Below, piece after piece: positions 62,230 through 64,000 of a stretch of 64,000 nucleotides of DNA (positions are counted from its first letter, which is position 1; each line of letters opens with the position of its first letter). The stretch comes from an uncultured delta proteobacterium (GTDB taxonomy: Bacteria; Myxococcota_A; Polyangia; Polyangiales; B10-G4). Location: contig CAVSGI010000006.1 of assembly GCA_963727445.1 (NCBI GenBank), forward strand, positions 64,001 through 128,000, written 5' to 3'. Under the pieces are notes generated by a model. That model ran no database searches. It was given only the letters and a program-made list of their open reading frames with translations, and was not told the origin of the DNA. The position numbers were made by a program, and so were the translations under genes.

Positions 62230-63756
62230 ATGGACTTGCGAACACCACGGACCGATCTGGTGGCGCTTCCGGCGGAGCCGAGGGGCGAGGAGACCTTTCT
62301 GGTGGTGGAGGCGGGGGGCCGAAGGCGGCTGCGTCTGGGCGATCGCCCGGTGCACGTGGGTTCCGACCCGGACCAGAACGACCTGGTGGTCTTCGATCCG
62401 ACCGTCAGCGCCCGCCACTTCCGCCTCGAGCCGACCTTCGATGGGTGGGTGATCCGCGACCTCGACAGCCGAAACGGCACCTGGGTCGAGGGGCTGGCGG
62501 TGGAGGTCGCGCGGATTCGGCTCGGCGCTCGGGTCCGCATCGGACGGACGAACCTCCGTATCGAGCGCGGCAGCCATGCGGCACAGGGGCTGAGCCTCGT
62601 CGCGGCATCGGACGAGATGAAGTGGGTGCTGGCGGAGGCGGAGCGCTTCGCTCAGGTCTCGTGGCCAGCCCTGGTGGTCGGGCCGAGCGGCGCAGGCAAG
62701 GAGGGCGTGGCCCGGACGCTGCACCAGGCCGGCCCTCGGGCGGACGGGCCTTTCGTGGCCGTCAACGCCGGGGGGCTGGCGCCGAGCCTGGTCGAGAGCG
62801 AGCTCTTCGGTCACGAGAAGGGGGCCTTCACCGGCGCCGACGTGGATCGGCGGGGTGTCTTCGAGCAGGCCTCGGGCGGCACGCTCTTTCTCGACGAGAT
62901 CGGCGAGCTGCCCATCGAGCTGCAGGCGCGGCTGTTGCGGGTCCTCGAGACCGGCGAGGTGCGGCGGGTCGGCGCGGAGCATTCCCTCGGGGTGGACGTG
63001 CGCGTGGTGGGGGCGACGCATCGGGACCTGATCGCCCAGGTCCACGCAGGGGCCTTCCGTGAAGACCTCTTCTTCCGCCTCAGCCGCCTGGTCATCCGGG
63101 TGCCCAGCCTGGCGGAGCGGCCCGCGGACATCCCCGCCCTGGCGGCGCACTTCCTCGAGGCCGTCGAAGCGGAGGTGGGCCGTCGCCGCCTCTCGAAGGC
63201 CGCGATCGAGCGCCTGCTCGCGCACCCCTGGGTGGGCAACGCGCGGGAGCTTCGGAACGTGGTGACGAGCGCCGCCCTCTGCACGCCGGGGGAGGTGATC
63301 CAGGCGAGCGACATCACGTATCAGATCGGGCGGCTCTCTCCCCCGGCGCCTCCGCCGTCGCTCGAGGTGCTCGAGGGCGTGGTGGCTCGTCACAATGGAA
63401 ACATCGCCGCGGCGGCGCGCGCCCTCGGTGTGCCGCGCTCCACCCTTCGCGATCGGATCGAAGGGGCCGCGGCGCGCCACCCCCCGAGAGGGTGTGGGTG
63501 TGGGGGAGGTCGCTTGAAGCGCTCAGCGTCCGAGCACGCGCCCGAGCCAGCGCCGGGCTTCCCTTTGCCGCATGCCGAGGAGCTCGCGTCCCACGGTCAC
63601 GACCTTGCGCATGGCCGCGGTCTTGGAGTGGCCGGCGCGCCGGGGACGGCAGGCGATGGTGACAGTGCGGGTGCCGAGGCCGGATGCCTTGGCGCGGATC
63701 GGGAACTCGAAGTTCAAGAAGAAGGAGTCGGGCGGAAGCTCTTCGGGGACGAATAG
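62230..63756 (+). CDS. FHA-domain sigma54-dependent activator (Fis HTH); true 3' end probably near 63520
   Basis: [16 protein letters not shown] (FHA); [50 protein letters not shown]; the ORF tail overlaps the convergent GT2. Confidence 0.88.
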   Translation: MDLRTPRTDLVALPAEPRGEETFLVVEAGGRRRLRLGDRPVHVGSDPDQNDLVVFDPTVSARHFRLEPTFDGWVIRDLDSRNGTWVEGLAVEVARIRLGARVRIGRTNLRIERGSHAAQGLSLVAASDEMKWVLAEAERFAQVSWPALVVGPSGAGKEGVARTLHQAGPRADGPFVAVNAGGLAPSLVESELFGHEKGAFTGADVDRRGVFEQASGGTLFLDEIGELPIELQARLLRVLETGEVRRVGAEHSLGVDVRVVGATHRDLIAQVHAGAFREDLFFRLSRLVIRVPSLAERPADIPALAAHFLEAVEAEVGRRRLSKAAIERLLAHPWVGNARELRNVVTSAALCTPGEVIQASDITYQIGRLSPPAPPPSLEVLEGVVARHNGNIAAAARALGVPRSTLRDRIEGAAARHPPRGCGCGGGRLKRSASEHAPEPAPGFPLPHAEELASHGHDLAHGRGLGVAGAPGTAGDGDSAGAEAGCLGADRELEVQEEGVGRKLFGDE

Positions 63757-63999
63757 CCGGCGGCGAAAGAGGTATGGGCCGTCGCTCCGAATGCGCACGC
63801 CATGCACCAGGAGGATCAAGGTCCGGACGCCCACCGAGAGGATCTGGCGATGAAGGCCGTCGTCGCGATCCTCGTAGACGCTGAGGACCACGTCCACGTC
63901 CTCGCCCTCGGCCGCGGAGCGCAGCGCGCCGATGGCCTCGGGCGCGATCTGCCCGTCGGCGGGCAGGAAGGTGACCCACTCGCCACGCGCATGGGCGAC
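63523..63999 (-). CDS. Glycosyltransferase family 2, 5' part outside the window
   Basis: [48 protein letters not shown]. Confidence 0.75.
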   Translation of the reverse strand, partial: VAHARGEWVTFLPADGQIAPEAIGALRSAAEGEDVDVVLSVYEDRDDGLHRQILSVGVRTLILLVHGVRIRSDGPYLFRRRLFVPEELPPDSFFLNFEFPIRAKASGLGTRTVTIACRPRRAGHSKTAAMRKVVTVGRELLGMRQREARRWLGRVLGR

Positions 64000-64000
64000 G

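Overview
High-GC chromosomal window, most likely from a Myxococcota bacterium. This is inferred from a very Myxococcus-like mglBA pair, Cys-rich lipoproteins, a MYXO-CTERM-like tail, Ser/Thr kinases and an FHA-sigma54 activator. The left end (1-8.8 kb) is a compatible-solute cluster: a MarR/EctR-like regulator divergent from asnB-like amidotransferase, gsmt, sdmt, Na+/solute symporter, ask, ectA and ectB (ectB runs off the window). From 8.8 to 15.7 kb the sequence is repeat-rich: duplicated gene 3' ends, a ~1 kb array of 51-bp hairpin units beside tRNA-Arg(CCG), and two arrays of a homologous ~100-bp structured repeat flanking an unannotated 45-aa very basic ORF and a PPDK/PEPS regulatory protein gene. 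The remainder is housekeeping and myxobacterial signalling or envelope genes: kinases, panBC, paired Cys-rich PPC-repeat lipoproteins, Kir channel, CDF transporter, ftsEX-envC-like, pfkA, GH113-like hydrolase, metallopeptidase, mglBA plus a second MglA-family GTPase, sppA, RDD/SpoIIM, LysR-VOC-maleylacetate reductase-like, acyl-CoA carboxylase beta subunit, gcvT-H-PA, a sigma54 activator and a GT2. Many genes carry frameshifts, densest in the right quarter, which look like sequencing or consensus indels. No CRISPR array, cas gene, integrase or transposase was seen. All calls come from reading motifs by eye; no database search was run.
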